Shown here: positions 53,495-64,000 of the stretch, piece after piece | How the letters are laid out: the number at the start of each line of letters is the position of its first letter | Numbering within the stretch: position 1 is the first letter of the stretch | Source: Girardia tigrina | Lineage: Eukaryota | Reading direction: 5' to 3' | DNA: 64,000 nucleotides | Assembly: GCA_001938485.1 (NCBI GenBank) | Contig: MQRK01252658.1 | Span: 1-64,000 of the forward strand | The notes under the pieces: generated by a model | Databases searched by the model: none | The model's input: the letters and a program-made list of their open reading frames with translations, nothing else | What the model was told of the DNA's origin: nothing | Made by a program: the position numbers and the translations under genes

Positions 53495-55179
53495 GAGAAA
53501 AGATCATGGCCCGAATCATTGCAAATAGATTAATGCCACATCTTGAAAGGATACTGGACAACTGGCAATTTTGTTTTAGATCAAAAAGAAGCACGGCACA
53601 CGCAATAGGTATCATACGAAAGATACAAGAAGAGGCCAGATACCGGAATATAAATGTTTTTGCTATCTTTATCGACCTTGAAAAGGCATTCGACAGTGTA
53701 CCCAGGAAATTTCTCTGGGATTGCCTTCAAGGAATTGGAATACAGGATCGGATGCTGAGCATTATCATGAAGTTTCATGAAGGTTTCACGGGCAGCATAG
53801 GAAAGGATAAATTCAGAATGGACAAAGGAGTCCGCCAAGGTTGTGTATTAGGACCTCTATTATTCAATCTTGTCTTTGATCATGCAATTAAGACTGCAAT
53901 CAAAGAGGGACTATCAGGCGGTGTGAAACTGACCTACAATGGGGAAGAGCTGACCGTGAACAGGCTTGCTTATGCAGACGACCTGTGCTTACTGGACGAG
54001 GACTTTGGAAACATCGAAAGAAATCTCACGTGTCTCAACACTGCTTTCTCAAATATGGGGCTCAAAATCAACATTAGGAAAACGAAGATCCTGATTCTCA
54101 ATGGAGCAAAATACATTACGGCAAGGAATGAGTTGAATGCCGGAATTGAATGGGTGGACGAATTCTGCTTTCTGGGATCGATAATTGAGAGTGGGGGAAA
54201 CTCAGGTATGGACATCAAGGACAGGAGACTGCCCAGAGAACGTCAAACTGATCAGTGGATGCGAACTCATCGAAGGGAAGAAGATCAGCGGTCGGAGAAA
54301 GCAACATCTGGCAGAATGTCTCAGAGTGGATACGCACTGGCTCTTTGGAGCCGAGTACAGTTTCAGGGAATTGAAGAGAGACATTTTGCAGGAGAATCTA
54401 CTGAAGATGGATGGAAAGATCGAGAATATATTCTGACTGAGAAGAATTCAAAGGAGTGGGGACAAGAAAACACTGAGACTGGTGTTACCTTGTTTAAAAG
54501 AACACAGCTGCCCGATGGATGCCTGTCATAGACAGTATGCAGAAATGAAGGAATTGAAAAGACATCTCAGAAGAGATCATCACGATCCTCTAAGAGAGAT
54601 CATGATGGAGCAGACCCAATCCCGTGAAAACAAAGAGAAAAAAAAGCCCAGCCACGTCAGAAGAAAGAAAACTACCAATGCCAACATTGCCCGAAGGAAT
54701 ACAAAACTGCTGGATTCCTAAGGATTCACATTCAGAAGAATCACCAAGAACAGCCAACATCCAACGCCCAGAGAGAAGAGAACTTGGAAAGAGAGAACGA
54801 GGAAGAGCAGACATCAAACCAATCCAACTCTCAGTTGCCGGACGCAATTGTGAGTATGCTAAGGATACAGACAAATGAAGATACCGAAGAAGAGCCGCAC
54901 CTACAATACCGACTTCCAGTCGACTACTCGACAGTAAGAAGAGAATTCAAGTGCCCATTTCGCGGCTGTTACGCGTCCACCGTAACAGCCAAATGTATGT
55001 ATGGCCATGGTACCAAGTTCCATGGCTGGTCGTTTATAACTGGCAAACCGACTGCTCAGAGGCGGAAGGCCACTGACCCCGTAGGAGGCCTATCGGGGGG
55101 CCCTTAAGGACTTTAGTTTGGGTGGACCCTCTAAAGAACCTTAGGCTCAATACCATTGAAAGAGATGGGAGGCCCACAC
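53495..55179 (+). mobile_element. 5'-truncated RTE-like LINE (RT + tandem C2H2 fingers + structured 3' end)
   Basis: RT motifs QFCFRSKRST, FIDLEKAFDSV, GVRQGCVLGPLLF, LAYADDL, GLKINIRKTK and FCFLGS. Finger tails HSCPMDACHRQY..LKRHLRRDH and FKCPFRGC. The 3' end matches 25286-25380. Confidence 0.9.
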
Positions 55180-55415
55180 ATCGGAGAGACAAATCGTCAT
55201 TTCAAAACCTGGATTAGCGAGCACTCGCAAATGAGTCGATCGAGTAAGGTTCTTGATCATTGGTTATGTTGTAAGGATATAACCTCATCCATTTCAAAAG
55301 ATGAGTTTTCTGTTCTACAAAAGGGTTTTCATTCATATTACGAACGACAGTTTTGTGAATCTCTACTAATAAGACACTACAACCCATCAATTAACATTCA
55401 GAATTGGCAAAGTAA
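55180..55415 (+). mobile_element. Penelope-like GIY-YIG fragment
   Basis: IGETNRHFKTWISEH...YERQFCESLLIRHYNPSINIQN; homologous to 63680-63930 and 38630-38790. Confidence 0.85.
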
Positions 55416-55698
55416 GTGGTGGTGCGAGAGCAGGTGCAGCGTGGTGGCCGCGGCGTGCCGGTGATGGGAGGTGAGCCTTGGGTCGTGGGGGGTCAAAAAT
55501 CGACGCTCACCGGGGAAGTTAAGACTGGCATCAGGCGAGCCCCAACGTTTGTCGTCCGATGGTTTCGTCATTGTCGTTGGCTGTTCAGGATCCGATGAGG
55601 GTTTCATTTCGACTTTTTTCGTTTCGTTTTGTCTTTTCCCTTCTTTTTGGGCGACTTCTTTTCGTTTTTTTTATCTTCGTTGATTTTTTTACTCGACT

Positions 55699-56328
55699 GA
55701 CAATTTTTGGTTTATATTTTTTCATTTTATCCAACATGATCAAAGCTCCGGCTTTCATTTCTTTTCTCGAAATTTCTGCAATTCCTTTTGTCGGTCGACT
55801 ACAGACCTTCGTAAACCCAATTCCATAATCAACGATTCGAAAATCATCGTAACATGTTACGGTTTCGGGTACAAGACCGGCTTCTGTGATGCATGTCCAA
55901 AAATGATTCCCGTTTCCGGCATAATGGTGACCGACACACGCCGACGTCATACCCGGTTAATTCCCAACACAATTAAATCGAGATTTTCTTTCAAAAAATT
56001 CGGTAATGTTCGTTGAATGACTTCTTATTCTGATAATCCGTTATAACGATCGATATGACCTCGTGATTTCTTAATCGACGTCGCTTCGGGCTTGAGATTC
56101 GATGAGAGTATTTGTGACTCTTGAGTCTGATTATTACTTCTGATGGATTTATTATTACTATCGCTTGACGCTTCGATTTTCCACATCGGACTCACAGTGA
56201 CAATTTTTTTATTGATCGTTTGAATATATTGTATAATCGGTTGATTCGAATTCGAATTATTATAAGCAGTCGTTATGAAATTCGTTTTATTCGATTCAAA
56301 TTGTTGAGTTTCATTCACTAACAGACAT
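55699..56328 (-). pseudogene. TDG: G/T mismatch-specific thymine-DNA glycosylase (TDG/MUG family) pseudogene, intronless and 3'-truncated
   Basis: DRYNGLSE*EVIQRTLPNFLKENLDLIVLGIN[1-nt deletion]G-MTSACVGHHYAGNGNHFWTC..GIGFTKVCSRPTKG..KYKPKIV. It has an in-frame stop, a frameshift in the catalytic GINPG motif, and ends before the FNGK motif. Confidence 0.9.
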
Positions 56329-56669
56329 TAGTAATTTTCGTTTATTTGGCCAACGATAAAATTTTGTCTAAAATTCATAAAAAGTTTGCGAAAATTTGAA
56401 GACCGTGACGAAAAATATTTATTGACAATCAATTATAAAACATTACGGCAACCATAAACATTTATTTGATTGATTTAAACAATCCAAAAAAATATCATAT
56501 AAAACACTCAATTTTCGAGTAATTACATCGATTCAGAAATGTTTTCAAATTCAAAAGACACGCTTTTTTTCAATCATTATCGAATTTTCTAACTTTTAAT
56601 TTTCCGATTTATCGTCTTTGATTTTCACAGAAACAATTTAATTTCGATTGGAAATGGGAATGTTTTAAA

Positions 56670-56990
56670 GGAATTTAAACGAATCTTCCGAAATACCCCG
56701 TAATTGTTACTGATGAAATTTAACGTCTCAATCATGTCTAAAGAGACAAACTGTGAGAAATGATGATGCATGACTTATTAATGAATCATTTGCAAGACTT
56801 CAACGTTGAATTGAGAGTTTGTAATTTTCCCGATAACTTTATGCCCATTGATCTGCTGTAATGATTGGTGTCACGATCACAGTCTGTATTCACGTTTCGA
56901 TCACTGTCCCACCGTGAATCCGACACTAGAACTTCGATTGTTTTCTGACTTTTGCCTTTCATCTTTCACTCATTTCTAATTTTCATTTTC
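56670..56990 (-). mobile_element. Possible CR1/L2-type APE endonuclease remnant
   Basis: Decayed motifs LNSTLK, VCL..T*L and NYGVFRK. Confidence 0.35.
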
Positions 56991-57009
56991 TCCTCATTTT
57001 TACAATCAA

Positions 57010-57240
57010 ACAGTAAGGTTATTTTAATGCTTAAAATTTTTAATTAAAATATTATTTTTGCCATTATTACCCAATAATACTTTGATAAATAATAATAATT
57101 AATTTTTTGGTTACCTTTTAAAGTAAATATATCTATTAAAATTGTATTATTCAAACAATTCAATATTCATATACTAAATCTCCGAAAATTGCTGATGATT
57201 ATGTATGTAAACATCGAAACATGTCCAATAATTATATAAA
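57010..57240 (+). mobile_element. Penelope pseudo-LTR (3' tail) fragment
   Basis: AGTAAGGTTATTTT..TTTTTGCCATTATTACCCAATAATAC aligns with the ORF end and UTR of the Penelope piece at 63850-63930. It ends in a hammerhead. Confidence 0.7.
57188..57229 (+). ncRNA. Minimal type I hammerhead ribozyme, core intact
   Basis: Stem I ATTG/CAAT, core CTGATGA (57192-57198), stem II ATGT/ACAT, GAAA (57216-57219), palindromic stem III ACATGT, and predicted cleavage after GTC (57225). Confidence 0.75.
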
Positions 57241-57355
57241 TAATATTATTAATAAAAAAATTTTTTTATAAAAACAACCACGTTTTTCAAACATTACCAA
57301 TGCACTAAAAAGAGGAAAATAATTTTTTTCTAGATATGTGAGAAATTTTATACCT

Positions 57356-57875
57356 NNNNNNNNNNNNNNNNNNNNNNNNNNNNNNNNNNNNNNNNNNNNN
57401 NNNNNNNNNNNNNNNNNNNNNNNNNNNNNNNNNNNNNNNNNNNNNNNNNNNNNNNNNNNNNNNNNNNNNNNNNNNNNNNNNNNNNNNNNNNNNNNNNNNN
57501 NNNNNNNNNNNNNNNNNNNNNNNNNNNNNNNNNNNNNNNNNNNNNNNNNNNNNNNNNNNNNNNNNNNNNNNNNNNNNNNNNNNNNNNNNNNNNNNNNNNN
57601 NNNNNNNNNNNNNNNNNNNNNNNNNNNNNNNNNNNNNNNNNNNNNNNNNNNNNNNNNNNNNNNNNNNNNNNNNNNNNNNNNNNNNNNNNNNNNNNNNNNN
57701 NNNNNNNNNNNNNNNNNNNNNNNNNNNNNNNNNNNNNNNNNNNNNNNNNNNNNNNNNNNNNNNNNNNNNNNNNNNNNNNNNNNNNNNNNNNNNNNNNNNN
57801 NNNNNNNNNNNNNNNNNNNNNNNNNNNNNNNNNNNNNNNNNNNNNNNNNNNNNNNNNNNNNNNNNNNNNNNNNNN
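57356..57875. other. Assembly gap (others at 4412-4461, 8081-8172, 60962-61452)
   Basis: Runs of N. Confidence 0.99.
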
Positions 57876-58554
57876 AATAAAAACGTGGTAAAAAAAGCTT
57901 TAATCAAATTATATTTTCAATATATATATATATATATATCCATAGAATTTAGAAACATATTTATGAAGGCTTTTTGCTCAATCAACTTTCTCCAATCTTT
58001 GCACACTCACTCATTTTCGATTACAACAAATGATTGTGAAAATTTCATCTAAAAAAACTTTTTAGTTTCAAAAAGGGGAAAACGGAAAATTCTGAGCTCC
58101 AGAAAAATATTATTTGAAAAATTATAAGTAGTTTATATTACATTTTTATTGTTTTTTTAAATTATTACTAACTTTGTTGGCAAAGTAGAGTTCTGTCTGC
58201 ATAATGAATGGATGTAAAAATTTATTTTTTTGATTTATTAGTTTTATAAGTTGTTTAAAATAATTTAATAAAAAATTACCGATTTGAAGTTATCTATTAA
58301 TTATAATATAATTTATAGTAATTTATAATATTATAATGACAAACTAAATTTATATATCAAGTAACAATTAATTAATAATTAAAATAATTAACGAAAAATT
58401 CATTTTAATGGGCACTAAAAATTTTATTTTACAATTTACCAATTAAATTTATTTTTATTGACTAAAATACTTATATTCCATTACATTTTTATTATCGTTC
58501 TATATGATTTAACTAAATTTAATTATATATTAAATATTATTAATGAGAGCATAC

Positions 58555-58847
58555 CTTGTTCATCTTAATGAGCACACACGGTGTCCCTGTTTGGTATCCA
58601 AAATCATTATTAATATTGCAGTTACCGAGAAGTGACAGATCGTATCGACATATTTTATCCACTTCATCCGGAAATTTACCAGTCTTATTGCAGACAGCAA
58701 ATGAATCATTGCTCTTGATATTAATATCCTCGTATGGAGTCAGAAAGTTTCGAATATCCACCAAATATTGCTTATAAGACTGAGGTTCGGTCGTGGTAAA
58801 TCTAATGAGAGTCGTTGTGTGATCCGGCAGCGGTCTCATTCCAAGAC
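58555..58847 (-). CDS. ATP1B: Na+/K+-ATPase beta subunit, 293-nt exon
   Basis: taAG|(G)LGMRPLPD...YKQYLVDIRNFLTPY...CRYDLSLLGNC...FGYQTGTPCVLIKMNK|GTatgc. It carries four conserved Cys and the FGY..G.PCV.IK.NK signature. Confidence 0.95.
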
Positions 58848-59339
58848 CTTATTAAGGTTAAGTTAAACAAAAAATAAGAACCAGTTCTGTATTGCCTGTC
58901 GCCAAGAAATATTTTTTATCAAATTTTTGGCACTATCAGTTGTCAAAGTATTTTTCATTGTTTTTTTTATAAAAAATCCTTTCGGAAAATTTGTTCAAAT
59001 AAAATTTTCAAAATTTGAAAAGTAAAGGGAATAGTTTGTGCGAGTAGGTTACGAGTAGTTATGTAATAAATATTGTTTGTTACTAGCAGAAATAACTAAG
59101 ATTAATTATGTAATAATTATTGTGTGATTGCTGATGAAATTGATTGTGTAAAGTCAGTTGTGATGATACAATAAAATGGGATACTTGTCTGACGTTGAAT
59201 GTATGCTGAATGTATGATGATAGTATGTTTGTGTTTGAGAGTGTAAACCAATGAAAAGGCTTTGAAAATGTGAGTCATTATAACATCACTATTTTCCCCA
59301 TTAAATAGTCGAGATTATGGATATTGTGTTATAATTAAT

Positions 59340-60330
59340 AAATCTTAGAATCGGAATTAGTCATTTTATTTTAAATCAATAACAGATACATGAGATAGGG
59401 CGACAAGACAACGAACAGCGATATGTACATCTTTATTAGTTTCATATTCCACTTTCAGTCCAACCTCATGTACCATTCGTATTACTCTTTGGGCAAGATG
59501 GAAATAGCAGCCTGTAGTACGAGCATCAAGAAATTTTTCTTGAAATGCACCCATTACTGCCATTTCAAAATCGGTGAGAATAATTATTGGTGCTGCTCAC
59601 AGAATGAGATGCACTACTTCCTGGAGTAAATGGTCGTACGTGACACGTGTTTTCTTTGGTAAAAGAAAGTATAACGCAGCTGGATTGACGCCTTTGACAA
59701 ATTAAAAATGAATAGTGTAAAGCTGGAAAAGTAAATCTGGCACCGTCTTGAATGTACCATCTGCTAGCCACACGGACGCACGTGCCAAGCCATCGATGAG
59801 CTCGTGACATCCAAGTATAAAAATACGATCAACACCAGGATCCAAATCAAACTGAACGAAGTGACTAAAGCGTTCTGGTATCTCAATATTGCGATCGTTT
59901 GGAATCGGAGGCAGTGTTGTGTCTCCGTGGGCGTTCCATTTTTGTCTGTTTCTCCTTAGTGCTCTTGATAAAGTAGTTTTCTTTGGTAATGCGTACAAAA
60001 CATGATTAGTGATAGTTGAAGTGACTGAAGCTTGTGTTGCACCTGGTGTAGCTAGCGTATCCTCGAGCCTTCGTTTCATTTCTTCAACAGCTCTTCTTGT
60101 CAGACCGTAACTTATGTTACCTTCGTGTGAGTGTTGAGGAATCCTGTTTCAAACAATTACAAGATCACGTGCCACAATTTTAGCATTGCACATACAACTG
60201 CGATTCTTTGTACAGCGCCAAACGAGTGACCAATTTCTCAGTTCTCTATGAAACCAAAATTCATGACCGCGATACAATAACGTTTTATTGTTTTTTTTTG
60301 AACGTACTATATTCTCTAAGAGTCTCTATG
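59340..60330 (-). mobile_element. Mutator/MULE transposase remnant (FLYWCH + MULE DDE)
   Basis: Motifs LLYRGHEFW..WRCTK..C.A, WLADGTFKTVPDLLFQLYTIH and DFEMAVMGAF..GCYFHLAQ. Confidence 0.88.
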
Positions 60331-60378
60331 ATTTTGCCTTGTGTGGGCTAGAATCTAATATTTTAGTTGTTTTTAATA

Positions 60379-60650
60379 ATATAATTTTAAAATGTATATT
60401 AAATTTAAATGAAATAATTTTCGGAATATATTATAATTTATTAAAGTATTATTGAGTAGTAATGGCAAAAATATTTTAATTAAAAATTTTAAGTATTGAA
60501 GTAACCTTAATGAGCAAAGTAAAGTTATTTCAATACTTTAAATTTTTAATTAAAATATTTTTGCCATTATTACCAAATAATACTTTAATAAATTATAATA
60601 TATTCAGAAAATTATTCCATTTAACCTTAATATACATTTTAAAATCATAT
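60379..60650. repeat. ~130-bp-arm inverted repeat built from two Penelope 3' tails
   Basis: Left arm ..AGTAATGGCAAAAATATTTTAATTAAAAATTTTAAGTATTGAA, right arm TTCAATACTTTAAATTTTTAATTAAAATATTTTTGCCATTATT.., centre ~60510. The arm aligns to 57010-57090 and 63850-63930. Confidence 0.8.
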
Positions 60651-61474
60651 GTGGCGTCACACCCATTACATTTATATTGATAAACTAAATTGGAACATAA
60701 CCCAGTTGGAGTGACAGATTCACTACTAAACAAACTTCCTATCTTACATGATCTAGATACAATTTTTAAATTTAATAAATTATTTTCATCATGTTTAATA
60801 TAATTAAATATTAAATTATAATTAAATATAATTAAATCGATATAATTAAATCGGAAAATGAAAATGAAAAATCAAATACAATAAATAGCGACAAAAACAA
60901 AAATCAGATAAATAATAATTATGATAATATTGGTTTTGTTTTGACTGTTCCCTACTCTGAGNNNNNNNNNNNNNNNNNNNNNNNNNNNNNNNNNNNNNNN
61001 NNNNNNNNNNNNNNNNNNNNNNNNNNNNNNNNNNNNNNNNNNNNNNNNNNNNNNNNNNNNNNNNNNNNNNNNNNNNNNNNNNNNNNNNNNNNNNNNNNNN
61101 NNNNNNNNNNNNNNNNNNNNNNNNNNNNNNNNNNNNNNNNNNNNNNNNNNNNNNNNNNNNNNNNNNNNNNNNNNNNNNNNNNNNNNNNNNNNNNNNNNNN
61201 NNNNNNNNNNNNNNNNNNNNNNNNNNNNNNNNNNNNNNNNNNNNNNNNNNNNNNNNNNNNNNNNNNNNNNNNNNNNNNNNNNNNNNNNNNNNNNNNNNNN
61301 NNNNNNNNNNNNNNNNNNNNNNNNNNNNNNNNNNNNNNNNNNNNNNNNNNNNNNNNNNNNNNNNNNNNNNNNNNNNNNNNNNNNNNNNNNNNNNNNNNNN
61401 NNNNNNNNNNNNNNNNNNNNNNNNNNNNNNNNNNNNNNNNNNNNNNNNNNNNATATATATATATATATATATAT

Positions 61475-62085
61475 TGATAATTGTTGAATTGATAATACTT
61501 CTGCTGGGCACGTCGTTACTAATAATTCCCTCCAGGAAAACCATCATCATAGACATAGTGAGGAATATTTTAAATTTCGTATGTTGAGTTTAGTATTTGG
61601 AAATGTGTTTCTCCCACCCAGATGGAAAATTGATATTTTAGATGTTCACGATAAATAGTTATTCGAGCATAATTTGCATTTTAAATTACAGCAAAAGATA
61701 TTAAAAATTTTTTAGTATTAAATTGTTTCAAATATTAATATCAAAAATTTAAATAAAGTAAATAACTTTTAACTTGTTTTTAATTATAAGTAAATAAATG
61801 TTTTTTTCTTTAAATTAAATCATTTTTTAAATTAAATTAATATTTAGATAAAATTATTACCAAAATTATAAAAGTAGAATTTTTGAAAATAAAATCTGAA
61901 ATGATTTAAAATGAAAATTTGTTCGAATAATTGTTTATTAACAAAAAGTTATCAATTTAGAAACATGTCGATTTCTGAAAGCTTGGCTGAGAGTTGTTCA
62001 AAAGGCAATACAAATTGTAATCAAAATAAATGTTCGAAAGTGTTCTTAATAGACATAAAAAAGCCGTTAATGAACAAGAGTAAAT
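61475..62085 (-). pseudogene. Broken partial duplicate of the beta-subunit transmembrane exon
   Basis: 61501-61557 encodes MSMMMVFLEGIISNDVPSR and 62049-62085 resembles the CSLTAFF segment. Both are homologous to 62745-62830, and they are separated by an insertion with TSD ATAGACATA. Confidence 0.85.
61558..62048 (+). mobile_element. 5'-truncated non-LTR 3' UTR insertion with a 9-bp TSD
   Basis: TSD ATAGACATA (61549-61557, 62049-62057). It contains the TCTCCCACCCAGATGG box and an AATAAA about 25 nt before its end. Confidence 0.65.
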
Positions 62086-62710
62086 AGTAATCTTATTACG
62101 TAAAATTTGTCGAAAACTCTTAAAAAATTAATTGAGTGCCGTTTGATAACTAATTTTAGGATTACGAGACCTTATTAACAAAACTTCACACGAAAATCTC
62201 TCCCAATATTTTTTTTAAAATACTTGTATAGAATTTTTAAATGGAAACTCTTCCATACTTTGTAGAAAAATATTTTCAAAAATAAAAAATTATTACATTT
62301 TTCTAAGAACATTAGTTGTAATGTTCCTATACTTATCTGGTGTTTTTTAAAATTAATAATAAAAGTTAAAAAAAGATTAAAAAAAAGTATTATGTTGCTA
62401 ATTTTTTATGATAATTATTAATGATTTGCGGAAAACAGAATTTTTGTTATTATACCCCATACCCATTATTTCAGAATCAACATCAGATAGGTATAGGAGC
62501 ATTACTGCCATTGTTCTTAGAAGAAGATAATAATTTCATATTTTTAAAATGTTTATCCGTAGGAGTATGGAAAAGTTATCGAATTACCATTGTTTTCTTA
62601 TATTTATTCACGTAAATTTAATTGTTTTTTAATTTCATTGATTATTGTTGATAAAGTTATTTCCGGATGGGTCACAATAGGCAACACAGAACCGGCACAC
62701 ACAAACGCAC

Positions 62711-62854
62711 CTGGTTCTAATTTGAGCAAGCTGTGCGCCCCAGTTCTACTGGGCACGTCGTTACTAATCAGTCCCTCCAGGAACACCATCATCATGGACA
62801 TGAAAAAGGCCGTTAATGAGCAATAGTAAATGAGATAGAAAATTCCAATTTTGC
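62711..62854 (-). CDS. ATP1B: Na+/K+-ATPase beta subunit, transmembrane exon (upstream exon is outside the window)
   Basis: ttAG|..KIGIFYLIYYCSLTAFFMSMMMVFL..SLLKLEP-G|GTgcgt. It has the FY.IYY TM signature, and phase 1 joins to the next exon to give PGLGMRP. Confidence 0.95.
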
Positions 62855-62896
62855 CTAATTTTAATAATGACAATAATAGCGAAAAATAAGCGTTTC

Positions 62897-62931
<35 letters not shown>

Positions 62932-63455
62932 ATGCCGAATTCACGAACTAGTCAATTTTTGACAATTTCACTAACTATTTGAAAAACTTTCATTTTAAAA
63001 TGAAAATTTATCAATTTAATATGACAAAATAAATTAAATATGAAAAAAATTATGCAAAATAAACTCCAAATGTAAAATTTTTATTCATAATTATTTAAAC
63101 ATCTTCCTTGGTGGCAAGATGAATTGCAAACGTTTATATTTTAAAAAGCATTTTTTTCATATTAAATCGATATTTTTTCAAAATAAAACGATAATTTTTC
63201 ATATTGAATGAAATATTTCATATTAAATTGATATTTTTCATATAAAATTTACTTTTCATATGAAATTGATATTTTTTTCAAAATAAATCGATAATTTTTC
63301 ATATTGAATTGAAATTTTTCATATTAAATTGATATTTTTCGTATTAAATACAAAATTTTCATATTAAAATTTAATATCAATTTAATTATTGAATTACAAA
63401 ATTTTTTTAAAAAATTACCGAGTTCGTGAATTCGGCGATTTTACAAATTCGGCAT
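62932..63455. mobile_element. Foldback/MULE-like MITE inserted in (TA)n
   Basis: Inverted ends GCCGAATTCACGAACT / AGTTCGTGAATTCGGC, with internal ~21-bp TTTTCATATTAAATTGATAT subrepeats in both orientations. Confidence 0.75.
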
Positions 63456-63459
63456 AACT

Positions 63460-63497
<38 letters not shown>

Positions 63498-63679
63498 AAA
63501 TATTTTTTTGAAAAATAATTTTGTTCAAGTTTTTTTTTAAAAATCGAAGTTATAATCGAAGTTATTAGCTTTCAATCCAAAAATCGTTTTCAATTTATTC
63601 GAGAGTAAGCTTTGAATGTTATTGAAACAACTTTGATACTAATCATATTGTTATATTCAGATTAGTGAGTATTCACAAT

Positions 63680-63930
63680 CAATTCAATCGAGGTTCTTGA
63701 TCATTGGTTACATTATAAAAATAAAATCTCTTCTGTTTCGAAGGATGAGTTTTCTATTTTATAGCAGGGCTTTGATCCTCACTATGAGCGGCAGTTTTGT
63801 GAATCATTATTAATAAGACATTACAACCAATTAATAAACATTCAAAATGGACAAAGTAAAGCCGTTTCAAATCTTAAAATCTTTAATAAAAAAATTTTGA
63901 AACCTTTTGCCATTATTATCCAATAATATC
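63680..63930 (+). mobile_element. Penelope-like GIY-YIG C-terminal fragment + UTR
   Basis: VLDHWL..SKDEFSIL*QGFDPHYERQFCESLLIRHYNQLINIQNGQSK. Confidence 0.85.
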
Positions 63931-64000
63931 TTAAATTAAAATAAATAAGTAAAAAATTTGTTCGCATTTTTAAATAACTTTAAGAAAGTAACATTAAAAT

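Noticed and set aside
55095-55179. Twister or HDV-like ribozyme call for the LINE 3' structure
   Set aside because: The conserved catalytic nucleotides could not be placed by eye, so it is kept only as an unassigned structure.
57305-57907. Long ORFs of X residues (also at 60846-61556 and 7955-8212)
   Set aside because: Artefacts of N-gaps.
62604-62710. ORF extension AFVCAGSVLP... after LEPG
   Set aside because: Read-through past the GT donor at 62709-62710; the conserved PGLGMRP forms only by splicing.
63150-63380. ~21-bp periodic repeats as a CRISPR-like array
   Set aside because: No unique spacers; these are degenerate AT-rich subrepeats inside a MITE in eukaryotic DNA.

Overview
Very AT-rich eukaryotic (metazoan) draft-assembly DNA with four N-gaps. 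The composition and the transposon repertoire are compatible with a flatworm or similar invertebrate, but that is an inference. One intact host gene is present: a Na+/K+-ATPase beta subunit on the minus strand. Five exons were reconstructed by hand with GT-AG boundaries and consistent phases (62711-62854, 58555-58847, 37339-37401, 37112-37173, 17289-17469); the first exon lies beyond the window end. Nearly all the rest is decayed, often nested, mobile DNA: hAT, Tc1/mariner, pogo, MULE and piggyBac-type MITEs, Helitron ends, Ty3/Gypsy, RTE-like LINEs with C-terminal C2H2 fingers, and Penelope-like elements with minimal hammerhead ribozymes. There is also a truncated thymine-DNA glycosylase (TDG) pseudogene and a broken duplicate of a beta-subunit exon. 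The most novel candidate is a compact ~4 kb LTR retrotransposon whose primer-binding site has no TGG and instead complements what looks like the 5' end (nt 1-12) of a tRNA. Also notable are a core-intact minimal hammerhead at 57188-57229 and structured, non-poly(A) 3' ends on the zinc-finger LINEs. No prokaryotic features or CRISPR arrays were seen. All family assignments come from motif recognition, not database searches.
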